A stretch of DNA of 64,000 nt from assembly GCF_024235715.1 (NCBI RefSeq), contig NZ_JACKLW010000012.1; one strand, 5' to 3'. The translations under genes and the position numbers were made by a program. The notes below the pieces were generated by a model that was given only the letters and a program-made list of their open reading frames with translations, made no database searches and was not told where the DNA came from. The stretch comes from Accumulibacter sp. GTDB lineage: Bacteria > Pseudomonadota > Gammaproteobacteria > Burkholderiales > Rhodocyclaceae. Below, piece after piece: positions 28,473 to 43,463 of this stretch; position 1 is the first letter of the stretch; every line of letters starts with the position of its first letter.

Positions 28473-29301
28473 GTTCTTGACTCCTGTATGCGAACATCGC
28501 ATTGTTGTCCTGACCGCATTGCTCCTGAAACTGCGCCAGGAGTTGCGTTTCCGATTTCGACAACGAACGCCCCGCCAACAACTCGGGACGCCGCTGCCAC
28601 GTGCGACCCAGCGCCTGCTGCAGACGCCAGCGTCGTATTTCCTCGTGATGACCGGAGAGCAGAACATCCGGCACCCGCCGCCCGTCGTATTCCTCGGGCC
28701 GCGTATAGTGCGGGCAATCCAGCAAGCCCGCGACAAACGAATCCTGTTGTGCCGACTCGGCGTCGTTGAGAACGCCCGGCAACTGCCTGACGACGGCATC
28801 GATCAGCGCCATCGCCGGAATCTCGCCCCCCGAAAGGACGAAATCCCCGATCGAAATCTCCTCATCGACGCCGGCCTCGATCAGCCGTTCGTCGATTCCT
28901 TCGTAGCGCCCACAAACGAGCACCAACGCTTCTTCCGCCCTGGCCAGTTCGATCACCCGTCGATGCGTCAGCAAGGAGCCCTGCGGCGAAAGACAGATCA
29001 CACGGCTGGCACCCGCACCCGCCGCCCGCTGTCGGGCCTTCGCCGCCTTGATCGCCGCCGCCAGCGGCTCGGCTATCATCACCATTCCCGGGCCACCGCC
29101 GTAGGGGCGATCATCGACTGTGCGATGCCGATCAACGGTGAAATCACGCGGATTCCACAGCTGCAGATGCCAGCGCGCTTCTTCCAGCGCCCTGCGCGTC
29201 ACACCGGACCTGGCCACCGCGGCGAACATCTCGGGGAACAGGCTCACGACATCAACGACCAGGGGCTGCGCACGCCGCAGCGCACCATCCGGAGCAGTCA
29301 C
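28450..29301 (-). CDS. trmD: tRNA (guanine37-N1)-methyltransferase
   Basis: [29 protein letters not shown] and [11 protein letters not shown]. Confidence 0.97.
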   Translation of the reverse strand: MTAPDGALRRAQPLVVDVVSLFPEMFAAVARSGVTRRALEEARWHLQLWNPRDFTVDRHRTVDDRPYGGGPGMVMIAEPLAAAIKAAKARQRAAGAGASRVICLSPQGSLLTHRRVIELARAEEALVLVCGRYEGIDERLIEAGVDEEISIGDFVLSGGEIPAMALIDAVVRQLPGVLNDAESAQQDSFVAGLLDCPHYTRPEEYDGRRVPDVLLSGHHEEIRRWRLQQALGRTWQRRPELLAGRSLSKSETQLLAQFQEQCGQDNNAMFAYRSQEHESDRAT

Positions 29302-29876
29302 CAGTCCACTTCCCAGTCAACACGAACACACTTCTGCCCGAGGTCTACGTCCAGAACGACGGCTGCGACAAAGGGCAACAGGCGTTCTGCGCACTGGCCA
29401 TCACCCACGCGCAACACGGTATTGGCCGGCGTCTCGATCAGACCGAGAATCCGGCCCAGTGACTGCTCATGCAAATTCACCACATCGAGGCCAAGCAGGT
29501 CGGCCCAGTAGTACTCGTCGCTCGCCGTCGGCGGCAAGGCCCTGTGCGGAACACCAACCAGCACGCCGGCAACCGCTTCAGCGGCGGAGCGGTCGGCGAC
29601 GCACTCGAGTTGGGCGAGCAGCATGTCGTTGCGCAAATCGCAGTTGAGCAGTCTCGTTGGACGCCACAGCCCCGGCGCGTCACCCTCATGGCCAAGCCAC
29701 CAGCACGGCAGACGCGACCAGGCGGCGGGGTCATCGGCAAACGGATAGACTCTTACCGCGCCCCGCAGTCCGTGCGGACCGGCGATCTTGCCGAGCACGA
29801 CGATATCAGCGGCCGCCGCGTCGGCTCCGGCAACAGCACCAGCACCAGTTCCGTCAGACAGCGACCCGCCAGGCAA
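29298..29876 (-). CDS. rimM: Ribosome maturation factor RimM
   Basis: [24 protein letters not shown] and LLPFV; start uncertain. Confidence 0.93.
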   Translation of the reverse strand: MPGGSLSDGTGAGAVAGADAAAADIVVLGKIAGPHGLRGAVRVYPFADDPAAWSRLPCWWLGHEGDAPGLWRPTRLLNCDLRNDMLLAQLECVADRSAAEAVAGVLVGVPHRALPPTASDEYYWADLLGLDVVNLHEQSLGRILGLIETPANTVLRVGDGQCAERLLPFVAAVVLDVDLGQKCVRVDWEVDW

Positions 29877-29879
29877 AGC

Positions 29880-30134
29880 TCAGGCTGCCACCTTGGCGGC
29901 CGACTGCTTGAGCAGGCGAGCAACGGTCATCGACAGTTGCGCACCCTGCTCCTGCCAATAGCTGAGGCGGTCGGTGGCAATGCGCAGGCCTTCTTCCTTG
30001 TCCGAAGCGAGCGGATTGTAAAAGCCGATGCGCTCGATAAAACGACCATCCCGACGGGAGCGTGAATCAGCCACCACCATGTTGTAAAAGGGGCGCTTCT
30101 TGGCGCCGCCACGGGCGAGACGAATAACAACCAT
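29880..30134 (-). CDS. rpsP: 30S ribosomal protein S16
   Basis: [17 protein letters not shown]...[15 protein letters not shown]. Confidence 0.97.
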   Translation of the reverse strand: MVVIRLARGGAKKRPFYNMVVADSRSRRDGRFIERIGFYNPLASDKEEGLRIATDRLSYWQEQGAQLSMTVARLLKQSAAKVAA

Positions 30135-30569
30135 GATCAGCTCTTCCGAATTCAGAAAAAGAGACGGATTATAACAAGAAAGCGCGTTTTCAACACGGCA
30201 TTGCACCCCGCCAGCGCGCATTGGCGAGCAATTCGGTCGCCTCGGAAGCGCCGGCGGCTTGCCCACGCAGTGGCCCGCCCGAGGTGTCGCGCCGCCGCTC
30301 GGCACCCCGCTGCTTCGATGGTCGCCGCCCATTGGGCGTCCAGCCGGGTCCGCGCACCTGCCCGCGCCAATCTGGCCGCGCTCTACGCCCTGGCCACTGA
30401 GCCGAAAATGAAGCTTGCAGTTTTTAATCCGGAGGACGAGAATCAACAGCCAACACCTTGATTCCGGAGCAGACGTTCCCACCAAGCCGCAGTTGCCCAA
30501 GCGCCGTTGAAGACGACGAGCCGATCGAACGGGCGGGGTAGCCGCGGAAACTTCTTTGGCAGATGGCCC

Positions 30570-33234
<2,665 letters not shown>

Positions 33235-33286
33235 ACTGCCGGACGGGTGTGCTCCCGGATATCGCGCCTGTCGGCAACGGGAAAGC

Positions 33287-34825
33287 TCAGACGTCACCCT
33301 GCGGGTCCACGCGATCGGGAGCCTGCAATTTGTTCAGCGCATTGAGATAGGCTTTCGCCGACGCGATGACGATGTCGGTATCGGCGCCATTGCCGTTGAC
33401 GATGCGACCGTCTTTCCCGAGACGAACGGTCACTTCGCCTTGCGCGTCGGTACCAGTGGTAATCGCATTCACCGAGTAGAGCAGCAGTTGTGCGCCGCTG
33501 CCGGCAACCGACTCGATCGCCTTGAAGGTCGCATCGACCGGACCACTGCCGACACCCGCAGCCTTCGTCTCGACACCATCGACAGTCAGCGTCAAACTGG
33601 AAGCGGGCGTCTCACCGGTTTCCGAACAGACGCGGGAATAGACCAGTTTGTAGTACTCGCCGTCCTGGGTGAATTCTTCGTCGGAGACCAGCGCCTGCAG
33701 GTCGGCGTCAAAGATTTCGTGTTTCTTGTCGGCCAGTTCCTTGAAGCGCGCGAAGGCGACGTTCAGCGCCTCTTCGCCATCGAGCACGATGCCCAGCGCC
33801 GAAAGACGCGACTTGAAGGCATTGCGCCCTGAGTGTTTGCCGAGCACCAGCTTGTTCTGGGCCCAGCCGACATCCTCGGCACGCATGATCTCGTACGTTT
33901 CACGATGCTTGAGCACCCCATCCTGGTGAATCCCGGACTCGTGCGCGAAGGCGTTGGCGCCGACGACGGCCTTGTTGGGCTGCACCGGGTAGCCGGTGAT
34001 CTGCGAAACCAGCTTGGAGGCCGGCACGATCTGCGTCGTATCGATGCGCGTCTCTACCGGGAAGAGGTCGGCGCGCGTTCTCACCGCCATCACCACTTCC
34101 TCTAGCGAGGCATTGCCGGCCCGTTCGCCGAGGCCATTGATCGTGCATTCGACCTGGCGGGCGCCGGCAAGCACCGCTGAAAGCGAGTTGGCCACCGCCA
34201 TCCCCAGGTCGTTGTGGCAATGCGTGGACCACACCACCTGTCCGGCGCCCGGCACCCGCTCGATCAGCGTGCGCATCAGATCACCCCAGACCGACGGGAT
34301 GCTATAGCCGACGGTATCGGGAACGTTGATGGTGCGTGCACCGGCCTTGATCACCGCCTCGAAAACACGGCACAGGAAATCGACGTCCGAACGCACCGCG
34401 TCCTCTGCGGAAAACTCAACGTCGTCGGTATATTCGCGCGCCCAGTGCACAGCCCGTACAGCCGACTCGACGACCTGATCAGGCGTCATCCGAAGCTTCT
34501 TCTCCATGTGGATCGGGCTGGTCGCGATGAAGGTATGAATGCGCCCGCGGGCCGCCGGTTTTATGGCTTCACCCGCCCGGCGGATGTCATTCTCGTTGGA
34601 GCGCGCGAGAGAGCACACCGTGGACGCTCTGACGATCGTGGCAATAGACTTGATGGCGTCGAAATCGCCGGGCGACGCGGCGGCGAATCCGGCCTCGATG
34701 ACGTCAACCTGCATACGTTCGAGCTGGCGTGCGACACGCAGCTTCTCTTCCTTGGTCATCGACGCGCCTGGACTCTGTTCGCCGTCACGCAAGGTGGTGT
34801 CAAAGATTACCAGGTGATCCTTCAT
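33287..34825 (-). CDS. leuA: 2-isopropylmalate synthase
   Basis: [29 protein letters not shown] and [10 protein letters not shown], plus the regulatory domain. Confidence 0.97.
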   Translation of the reverse strand: MKDHLVIFDTTLRDGEQSPGASMTKEEKLRVARQLERMQVDVIEAGFAAASPGDFDAIKSIATIVRASTVCSLARSNENDIRRAGEAIKPAARGRIHTFIATSPIHMEKKLRMTPDQVVESAVRAVHWAREYTDDVEFSAEDAVRSDVDFLCRVFEAVIKAGARTINVPDTVGYSIPSVWGDLMRTLIERVPGAGQVVWSTHCHNDLGMAVANSLSAVLAGARQVECTINGLGERAGNASLEEVVMAVRTRADLFPVETRIDTTQIVPASKLVSQITGYPVQPNKAVVGANAFAHESGIHQDGVLKHRETYEIMRAEDVGWAQNKLVLGKHSGRNAFKSRLSALGIVLDGEEALNVAFARFKELADKKHEIFDADLQALVSDEEFTQDGEYYKLVYSRVCSETGETPASSLTLTVDGVETKAAGVGSGPVDATFKAIESVAGSGAQLLLYSVNAITTGTDAQGEVTVRLGKDGRIVNGNGADTDIVIASAKAYLNALNKLQAPDRVDPQGDV

Positions 34826-34920
34826 GGCCTGACTCCGGAAGTGAGGATGTTGATATCAATACGTCGAAATCGCGTCGCCGCTGCGCAGACGGGTCGTGTT
34901 GCCGACCGTTCGAGCAGGTG

Positions 34921-35688
34921 CTAGCCGATCTGCGGCGGTGGCGTCTTGCTGCGGATCCTGCGAGTCACCGCCAGGACGTAGCCGGATAGCGCGTAGGTCA
35001 GAAACAGGCCAAACAGAGCGACCGGCGTGTCGTAGGAAAGCACGGCAAAAGCAAGGGCGATGGCAACGACAAAGATGAAGGGCACGCTTCGCCGCAGGTT
35101 GACGTCCTTGAAGCTGTAGAACCGGATATTGGTGACCATCGAAATTCCGGCAAAGATCACCAGCGCGCAGGAAAACCAGCGCACATCCGCGGCGGCGATA
35201 TCTTTCTCGATCATCACCCAGAGGAAACCGGCAACCAGCGCTGCGGCTGCCGGGCTGGGCAGCCCCTGGAAATAGCGCTTGTCGACGACTTCCAGCGTCG
35301 TATTGAAGCGCGCCAGACGCAGCGCGGCACCGACGCAATAGACGAAAGCAGCGATCCAGCCGAGTCGTCCCATGTCCTTGAGTGCCCATGCATAGGCGAT
35401 CAAGGCCGGCGCGACGCCAAACGAAACCATGTCGGACAGCGAATCGTACTCCGCTCCGAAAGCACTCTGGGTACGCGTCATGCGGGCCACCCGCCCATCA
35501 AGCCCATCGAGCACCATGGCCACGAAGATCGCCACGGCCGCAGCCTCGAAGCCCCCCTTCATCGCCTGGACGATGGCGAAGAAGCCGCAGAAAAGTGCCG
35601 CGGTCGTAAACAGGTTCGGCAGGACGTAGATCCCTCGACGCCGCAACTCCGGGTTGAAAAGGGTCTTGCGGGGTTTGATTTCGGGCAT
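34921..35688 (-). CDS. pssA: CDP-diacylglycerol--serine O-phosphatidyltransferase
   Basis: LPNLFT, DGLDGRVARMT...FGAEYDSLSDMVSFG, LRLARFN and FQGLPSP. Confidence 0.93.
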   Translation of the reverse strand: MPEIKPRKTLFNPELRRRGIYVLPNLFTTAALFCGFFAIVQAMKGGFEAAAVAIFVAMVLDGLDGRVARMTRTQSAFGAEYDSLSDMVSFGVAPALIAYAWALKDMGRLGWIAAFVYCVGAALRLARFNTTLEVVDKRYFQGLPSPAAAALVAGFLWVMIEKDIAAADVRWFSCALVIFAGISMVTNIRFYSFKDVNLRRSVPFIFVVAIALAFAVLSYDTPVALFGLFLTYALSGYVLAVTRRIRSKTPPPQIG

Positions 35689-35866
35689 TGCGCGGTCCGG
35701 TCTACTGGAACTGGGCTCAGGCCGGTTCAGAAACGACCGCAGCGGCAAAACCGTCCGGTCTGGCCGGCATCGGATACGGGCACTTCATCAATTGAATCAT
35801 GGCCTCGGGTTGGATGTTCCTGCGGAGGACCAGCAGTCGCCTCCGCCAGGCAAGCCTTTGCGCCGA

Positions 35867-37404
<1,538 letters not shown>

Positions 37405-37416
37405 CTTGTCTTTCCC

Positions 37417-39129
37417 TTACAGATCTTCGGCCAGGATCATGTCCGCCAGGCCCTTGCCGGCCGCCACCATCGGAAAGACGTTTGCCTTCTGATCGGTGAT
37501 GAAGTCGATGAATACCAGATCGTCCTTGTGGTCGATGAATGCCTTCTTCAAAGCTGCCTCGACGTCTTCCGGCTTTTCGACACGAATCCCGACATGTCCG
37601 TAAGCCTCGGCCAGCTTCACGAAGTCGGGCAGTGAATCCATGTACGACTCCGAGTAGCGACTGCCGTAGAACATCTCCTGCCACTGTCGGACCATGCCCA
37701 GATAACGGTTGTTGAGGTTGATGATCTTGATCGGCAGGCGGAACTGCTTGGCCGTCGACAGTTCCTGGATACACATCTGGATCGAACCTTCGCCGGTCAC
37801 GCACGCCACCTGCATTTCCGGATTCGCCAGTGATGCGCCCATGGCGTAAGGCAGGCCGACCCCCATGGTCCCCAGGCCACCCGAGTTGAGCCAGCGGCGC
37901 GGCTCGTCGAACCTGTAATACTGCGCGGCCCACATCTGATGCTGGCCAACGTCGGAAGTGACAATCGCCTTGCCGCCGGTCACCTCGTACAGCTTCTCGA
38001 TTACGTATTGCGGCATGATGATGTTCTTCTTCATGCGGTATTTCATGCACTGCTTGGCACGCCACTCTTCGATCTGCTTCCACCACAGGGCGAGCACCTC
38101 GGCATCCGGGCTCGCATTGCCGGCCTCGAGCAGCTTGAGCATTTCCTCAAGGACGTCCGGGACGTTGCCGACGATCGGCACGTCGACCTTTACCCGCTTG
38201 GAGATCGACGACGGATCGATGTCGATGTGAATGATCTTGCGCGGGATGCTGGTGAAGTTCATCGGATTGCCGATCACCCGATCGTCGAAACGAGCGCCGA
38301 TGGCCAGCAGCACGTCACAGTGCTGCATCGCCAGGTTCGCTTCGAGCGTGCCGTGCATGCCCGGCATGCCGAGAAACTGTCGGTCGCTCGCCGGATAGGA
38401 ACCCAGGCCCATCAGGGTGTTGGTAATCGGAAAGCCGAGCCGGCGAGTGAGCCGCGTCAACTCTTCCGCGCCGTTCGAGAGAATGACGCCACCGCCGCTA
38501 TAAACCATCGGCCGCTTGGCTTCGCACAACAGGTGGAGCGCCTTCTTGATCTGCCCCAGATGCCCTTTGACAACCGGATTGTATGACCGCAACTGGATCG
38601 TTTCGGGGTACTCGAACTTGCACTTGGCAGCCGTAATATCCTTGGGGATATCGACCACCACCGGTCCCGGGCGGCCGCTGTTGGCGATAAAGAATGCCTT
38701 TTTCAGAGTGAGCGCCAGGTCGCGCACATCCTTGACCAGGAAGTTGTGCTTCACGCAGGGCCGCGTAATGCCGACGGTATCGCATTCCTGGAACGCATCC
38801 TGCCCGATGTATTCGCTCGGCACCTGCCCGGAGATGACCACCAGGGGAATCGAGTCCATGTACGCCGTAGCTATACCGGTGACGGCGTTAGTCGCGCCCG
38901 GACCAGAGGTGACCAGTGCCACGCCAACCTTGTGGGTCGAACGCGCGAGGCCGTCGGCGGCATGCACCGCAGCCTGTTCGTGACGAACGAGGACATGCTT
39001 GACCTGATCCTGCTTGAACAGCGCGTCATACATGTGAAGGACAGCACCGCCCGGATAGCCGAATACGTACTCGACCTTTTCTTCCTGCAGGCACCTGATT
39101 ACAATCTCCGCACCGGTCATCATTGTCAT
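37417..39129 (-). CDS. ilvI: Acetolactate synthase large subunit
   Basis: FGYPGGA, RHEQAA, TSGPGATN, GMPGMHG and SGGLGTMG. Start among the ATGs at 39120-39129. Confidence 0.96.
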   Translation of the reverse strand: MTMMTGAEIVIRCLQEEKVEYVFGYPGGAVLHMYDALFKQDQVKHVLVRHEQAAVHAADGLARSTHKVGVALVTSGPGATNAVTGIATAYMDSIPLVVISGQVPSEYIGQDAFQECDTVGITRPCVKHNFLVKDVRDLALTLKKAFFIANSGRPGPVVVDIPKDITAAKCKFEYPETIQLRSYNPVVKGHLGQIKKALHLLCEAKRPMVYSGGGVILSNGAEELTRLTRRLGFPITNTLMGLGSYPASDRQFLGMPGMHGTLEANLAMQHCDVLLAIGARFDDRVIGNPMNFTSIPRKIIHIDIDPSSISKRVKVDVPIVGNVPDVLEEMLKLLEAGNASPDAEVLALWWKQIEEWRAKQCMKYRMKKNIIMPQYVIEKLYEVTGGKAIVTSDVGQHQMWAAQYYRFDEPRRWLNSGGLGTMGVGLPYAMGASLANPEMQVACVTGEGSIQMCIQELSTAKQFRLPIKIINLNNRYLGMVRQWQEMFYGSRYSESYMDSLPDFVKLAEAYGHVGIRVEKPEDVEAALKKAFIDHKDDLVFIDFITDQKANVFPMVAAGKGLADMILAEDL

Positions 39130-39267
39130 TACCGTCGCCCCAGCAAGCAAATCGCTCGAAAAAAAGTCTACAACGTTAAAGCTTCGACTTGGTTTGGTCA
39201 AGGCATTCGCAAGAACCGGCGCCTGGGAAAGCGCGCTTCCCACCCTACAACCGCAAGGATCCCCGCT

Positions 39268-39831
39268 CTGGCCAGCCAACGCGAACTGTCAGATTTTCTC
39301 ACTGCAGTCGAACGCCGCGCTTTCAAACAAGCGATGTTCGCAGTGCGCAACCAGGAGTCCGCGCTCGACATCGTCCAGGACGCGATGATGAAGCTCGCCG
39401 AGAAATACGGGGATCGGCCGCCAGCCGAACTGCCACTGCTATTCCAGCGCATTCTGCAGAACACGATTCGCGACTACTACCGGCGGAGCAAGGTTCGCTC
39501 CCTGTGGACAACGCTGCTTTCCGCGTTCTCGCCGAACGACGATGAGGACCACGACCCGCTCGAAACCATCAGCGGCGAAGGAGGGTCGAAAGATGGGCAA
39601 ACCCCGCACGGCCAGTTCGAACAGGCGCAGGTATTGGGAATGATCGAGAAAGAGATAGAATCGCTGCCAATGCGTCAACGGGAAGCGTTTCTGCTGCGTT
39701 ACTGGGAGGATATGGACGTTGCTGAAACGGCGTCGATCATGGGCTGCTCGGAGGGGAGCGTCAAGACACACTGTTCACGCGCCAACCACGCTCTGGCCGC
39801 AGCGTTGAAAGCAAAAGGAATTACCCTATGA
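39268..39831 (+). CDS. ECF RNA polymerase sigma factor
   Basis: ALDIVQDAMMKL, FQRILQNTIRD (region 2) and LPMRQREAFLLRYWEDMDVAETA..MGCSEGSVKTHCSRA (region 4). The likely start is the CTG at 39268. Confidence 0.9.
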   Translation: MASQRELSDFLTAVERRAFKQAMFAVRNQESALDIVQDAMMKLAEKYGDRPPAELPLLFQRILQNTIRDYYRRSKVRSLWTTLLSAFSPNDDEDHDPLETISGEGGSKDGQTPHGQFEQAQVLGMIEKEIESLPMRQREAFLLRYWEDMDVAETASIMGCSEGSVKTHCSRANHALAAALKAKGITL

Positions 39832-40205
39832 ACGAACTGCATTTTGCCTTCAAGGCCAGGCAGCACCTTAACAGGGGCCTGCACGAGTTGCCGCCGGCGA
39901 CGCACGCACGCCTGCAAGCCGCCAGAGAGCAGGCGCTGGCCCGCCGGAAGACGACGGTGCAGCAGTCGCTGCTGGCGACGGCAGGAAGCTTCATTCAGGA
40001 GCATGGCGAAGGGCTGCACATCAAGCAGATGCTGGTCGCGCTGGCGGTGGTTGTCGGCGTCGCCAGCTATACCTACTGGCAGGCGGATCAGAACATCGCC
40101 GAGCTGGAGCTCATCGATAGTGCCCTGCTCGCAGACGACCTGCCGATCGCGGCTTTTACCGACAGGGGCTTTGATGCATGGCTGAAAAGCTCCGCGTCGC
40201 AGTAA
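39828..40205 (+). CDS. DUF3619-type membrane protein (possible anti-sigma)
   Basis: RLQAAREQALAR, one TM, LLADDLPIAAFTDRGF; coupled to the ECF sigma gene. Confidence 0.75.
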   Translation: MNELHFAFKARQHLNRGLHELPPATHARLQAAREQALARRKTTVQQSLLATAGSFIQEHGEGLHIKQMLVALAVVVGVASYTYWQADQNIAELELIDSALLADDLPIAAFTDRGFDAWLKSSASQ

Positions 40206-40768
40206 TCCTCAGCAGCTTGATAGCCGTCACGGGCTGGGCAGATGCGCTCAGCCCGTCTGCCATTGCGACGCCGGCACAGCCGCAGTGGAGCGAACTCACG
40301 GTGGAGCAGAAGACCATCCTCGCGCCGCTCAGTTACGACTGGGACGGGATGGACTACGCCCGGCAGAAGAAGTGGCTGGGAATCACGCGGCGCTTCTTCA
40401 AGATGACCGCCGAAGAACAGCGCAGGGTACAGGGGCAGATGCAGGACTGGGGAAAGCTGACGGCGGAGCAGAGGCGGCTGGCACGCGAGAATTTCATCAC
40501 CGCCAACAAACTCCCCATCGAGAAAAGGCAGGAACTCGTGCTCAAGTGGCAGGAGTACTCAAGCCTGCCGGATGAAGAAAAAGAACGGCTCAAGCAGCAA
40601 GCCGCCAGACGGGCCGCGGCCAAGCCGGGGCCGTCGAGCGCCAGCCCCGCGGCGACCAGCCTGAGCCCCTCCCCGGCAAGCGCGCTGCTGCCTCTCGGCA
40701 CACATCACCCCGCCCCGACGGCCAGCCACGGGACGGCACCGACAACCGCAACGGACAGCAGCGATTGA
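40178..40768 (+). CDS. DUF3106-type periplasmic helical-repeat protein
   Basis: Signal peptide; repeated W..LT.EQ(R/K) units. Confidence 0.75.
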   Translation: MAEKLRVAVILSSLIAVTGWADALSPSAIATPAQPQWSELTVEQKTILAPLSYDWDGMDYARQKKWLGITRRFFKMTAEEQRRVQGQMQDWGKLTAEQRRLARENFITANKLPIEKRQELVLKWQEYSSLPDEEKERLKQQAARRAAAKPGPSSASPAATSLSPSPASALLPLGTHHPAPTASHGTAPTTATDSSD

Positions 40769-41214
40769 CGCCCGCCGGTGAACCTCTCGAGCGGCCGAGC
40801 ATCGTGCGGCGCCTGGCCAGCATGCTGTACGAGTCCTTGCTGCTGTTTGGCGTACTCGCGGCGCTGCTGGTCGTGCCACATTTCTTGCTGGGTGCCCTGG
40901 GCCATCGCCTGGTGGCGCCGGTCGTCGTACAGGCACATGCCTTCATCGTGCTGCTGGTCTACTGCCTATGGTTCTGGAGCGACGGCAGACAGACGCTGGC
41001 CATGAAGACCTGGCGCATCCGGCTGCTAGGCCGCGATGGACAGCCCGTCCGCCCCGCGCAAGCGCTTCTGCGCTACCTGCTATGCTGGCCGAGCATCGCA
41101 CTGGGAGGTATCGGAATCCTCTGGGCAGTTGTCGATCGCGAGCGATTGTTCCTGCATGACCGCCTCGCCGGTACGCAACTGGTGATGAGCGGAGCTCGGG
41201 GCAAGAAAGCGTAG
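40765..41214 (+). CDS. RDD-family membrane protein
   Basis: RRLASMLYE, GRQTLAMKTWRIRL and LHDRLAGT. Confidence 0.88.
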   Translation: MTPAGEPLERPSIVRRLASMLYESLLLFGVLAALLVVPHFLLGALGHRLVAPVVVQAHAFIVLLVYCLWFWSDGRQTLAMKTWRIRLLGRDGQPVRPAQALLRYLLCWPSIALGGIGILWAVVDRERLFLHDRLAGTQLVMSGARGKKA

Positions 41215-41240
41215 TGCACCGCCACCATGCGGCTTGTTGA

Positions 41241-42314
41241 TCAGCGTCTCTCGACCCACCAGATCATGGTGATCGCCGCCAGCAGAAACAGGGCCGACGG
41301 CATGCCTGCGCTGAGTACCGGCGACCAGCTGTTGATCGCGCCAAGATTTGCAAACAAGCCATTCAGCATGTGGAAAAGGATCCCGATCATCACCCCGGAG
41401 AAGATCTTCAGGCCCACTGCGTCAGAACGATAGTGCGCGCCGCCGAACGGCAAGGCCAGGGCGACCATGACAAACGCCGCCAGTGGGTAAACCACCTTTT
41501 TCCAGAAGGCAATGTCGTAACGATTGGTCGTCTGACGATTGTCGGACAGGTGCTTGGTATAGGTGGCCAGGTGGCGCAGTGACATTCGGTCGGGCGAGAC
41601 CATCAGCACCGCCAGGATGTCCGGATTCAGCGCCGACTGCCACATCATCTCTGGGCTGCGCTGAACGTCAGCGCGGTCGGCGTGCAGGACCGTCTGCACC
41701 ACGTCAGTCAACCGCCAGCTGTCAGGCACGACATACGCGCCCTCGGCGGCCTCGGTAAGAGAGCGCAGCTTCGCGTCCTCGTCGAACTCGTAAATGCGGA
41801 TTCCACGCAGCCGGGTGTCCGGCAGCACCACGCGCACATTGATGAAGCTGCGCTCATCCTTGACCCACAGCCCGGAACGCAGATCCTGTCCGATCATTCG
41901 GCCTTTGGCCTTCAAGCGCAGCTGGTTTGCCGCCCGCTCGGCCGACGGCACGACATACTCGCCAATCACGAAGGTAGCGACGGCAAGAACTCCCGCGACC
42001 AGGAAGAGCCCGCGCAACAACGCCCCTGAAGACAGACCCGAGACGCGCAGCACGGTAAGCTCGGAATGACGCGCCAGCGCCGACAAGGCATAGAGGGTCC
42101 CGATCAGGACGGCAATCGGCATCAGCTCATAAACACGCCCCGGCAGACGCAAAAGGACGAAGCCAAAAGCATGGTGGAGCTGGTATCCGCCCCGCCCCAC
42201 GTCCTGGACCTCGCCGAGCATGTCGAAAAAGGCAAACAAGGCCAGGAATGCCAGCAACACCAACAGGATGGCGCCAAACACCTCGCGCGCAAGGTAACGC
42301 AGATAGAGCTTCAT
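41241..42314 (-). CDS. lptG: LPS export permease LptG
   Basis: ATG 42314; LIGTLYALSALARHSELTVLRVSG; paired with lptF. Confidence 0.92.
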   Translation of the reverse strand: MKLYLRYLAREVFGAILLVLLAFLALFAFFDMLGEVQDVGRGGYQLHHAFGFVLLRLPGRVYELMPIAVLIGTLYALSALARHSELTVLRVSGLSSGALLRGLFLVAGVLAVATFVIGEYVVPSAERAANQLRLKAKGRMIGQDLRSGLWVKDERSFINVRVVLPDTRLRGIRIYEFDEDAKLRSLTEAAEGAYVVPDSWRLTDVVQTVLHADRADVQRSPEMMWQSALNPDILAVLMVSPDRMSLRHLATYTKHLSDNRQTTNRYDIAFWKKVVYPLAAFVMVALALPFGGAHYRSDAVGLKIFSGVMIGILFHMLNGLFANLGAINSWSPVLSAGMPSALFLLAAITMIWWVERR

Positions 42315-43390
42315 CGAGCGAGACGCAGGAAAGACGACACCGCAATCCGGTGGTAGAAGAGCAGCGGCAGAAGAAACAGCATCAGCAGATGGACAAGCAA
42401 TACCCCAAGCGCAAAGGATATCTGCCCGCCGGCGACCCACCCCTGGCTGATGCTCAGCAGATTGTTGTAGATCACGTAGATCAGAATCGCGAACAGCATA
42501 TTTGCTGAACGGCCCGCACGCGGATTGACAAACGAAAGCGGGATCGCCAGCAAGGCCAGCACAGCCGCCGAGAGCGGCATGCCGAGACGCCACAGAAGCT
42601 CGGCGCGATAGGCCGGCAAGTTCAGCTGCAGGAGCTCGAGGGGAGGCATGTTCTTCGGTGTCCGCTCTATGCCATGCGCCTCCCGTGTTTCCAGACGAAC
42701 GGCATAGCGCCCATATTCAAGAATGCGGAAGCCCGCCGTGCCGGGTTCCAGTTCGTAACGGCGGCCATCCTGCAAGACGATGAAGCGGTCACCGTTGGCT
42801 GCCGTCTCCTGGTGACCGGTGCCGGCCATCGTCACGCCAAGGCGCTCGGGCTCGGCTTCGCTGACAAACACGTTGCGCACGTGGCTGGTGTCATCAGCCA
42901 CTGCTTCGACAAAGACCACGCGATCACCCGCCGACGATTCCTGAAAAGTGCCCGGAGCCACCTGCCCGGCATCCTTTCGGTTGCTCAGCTTGCCCCTGAA
43001 CTCGGCGCTTTGCGACAAGGCCCACGGCGAAAGAAACAGCGACAGAACGGCGATGGTCAGCACCAGGGGCAGCGCGAAGGTCAATACCGGCCTCATCCAG
43101 GCGGTCAGCGACAGGCCGGAGGAGAACCAGACGACCATCTCGGAATCACGATAGCTGCGCGAAATCGTCAACAAGATGGCAACAAACAAGGACAGGGCCA
43201 GCAGCGGCGGGAGATAATTGAGCGAGGCGAAACCGAGCAGCGCCGCCACCGCCCCGGGGTCGACACTGCCTTGCGCCGCCTCGTTCAGCAAGCGGACCAG
43301 TTGCGTTGTCACCAAGATCGCAAAAAGCGCAATGAAGACACCGGCGGTCGAGTGAGCGAACTCGCGTCGGACGGCACGCTGGAAGATCAT
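42311..43390 (-). CDS. lptF: LPS export permease LptF
   Basis: ATG 43390 (MIFQRAVRREF); SRSYRDSEMVVWFSSG; NPRAGRS. Confidence 0.92.
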   Translation of the reverse strand: MIFQRAVRREFAHSTAGVFIALFAILVTTQLVRLLNEAAQGSVDPGAVAALLGFASLNYLPPLLALSLFVAILLTISRSYRDSEMVVWFSSGLSLTAWMRPVLTFALPLVLTIAVLSLFLSPWALSQSAEFRGKLSNRKDAGQVAPGTFQESSAGDRVVFVEAVADDTSHVRNVFVSEAEPERLGVTMAGTGHQETAANGDRFIVLQDGRRYELEPGTAGFRILEYGRYAVRLETREAHGIERTPKNMPPLELLQLNLPAYRAELLWRLGMPLSAAVLALLAIPLSFVNPRAGRSANMLFAILIYVIYNNLLSISQGWVAGGQISFALGVLLVHLLMLFLLPLLFYHRIAVSSFLRLAR

Positions 43391-43463
43391 TTTTTGACTT
43401 TGGTGAAAAACTGCAGTGATAATCGGCGTTTTAGAAGAAACACGCCTGTCCTGAGGAGGGTGA

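Noticed and set aside
35689-35866. No psd gene between ilvC and pssA
   Set aside because: psd is next to pssA in some betaproteobacteria, but I see no remnant here and cannot say it was lost.
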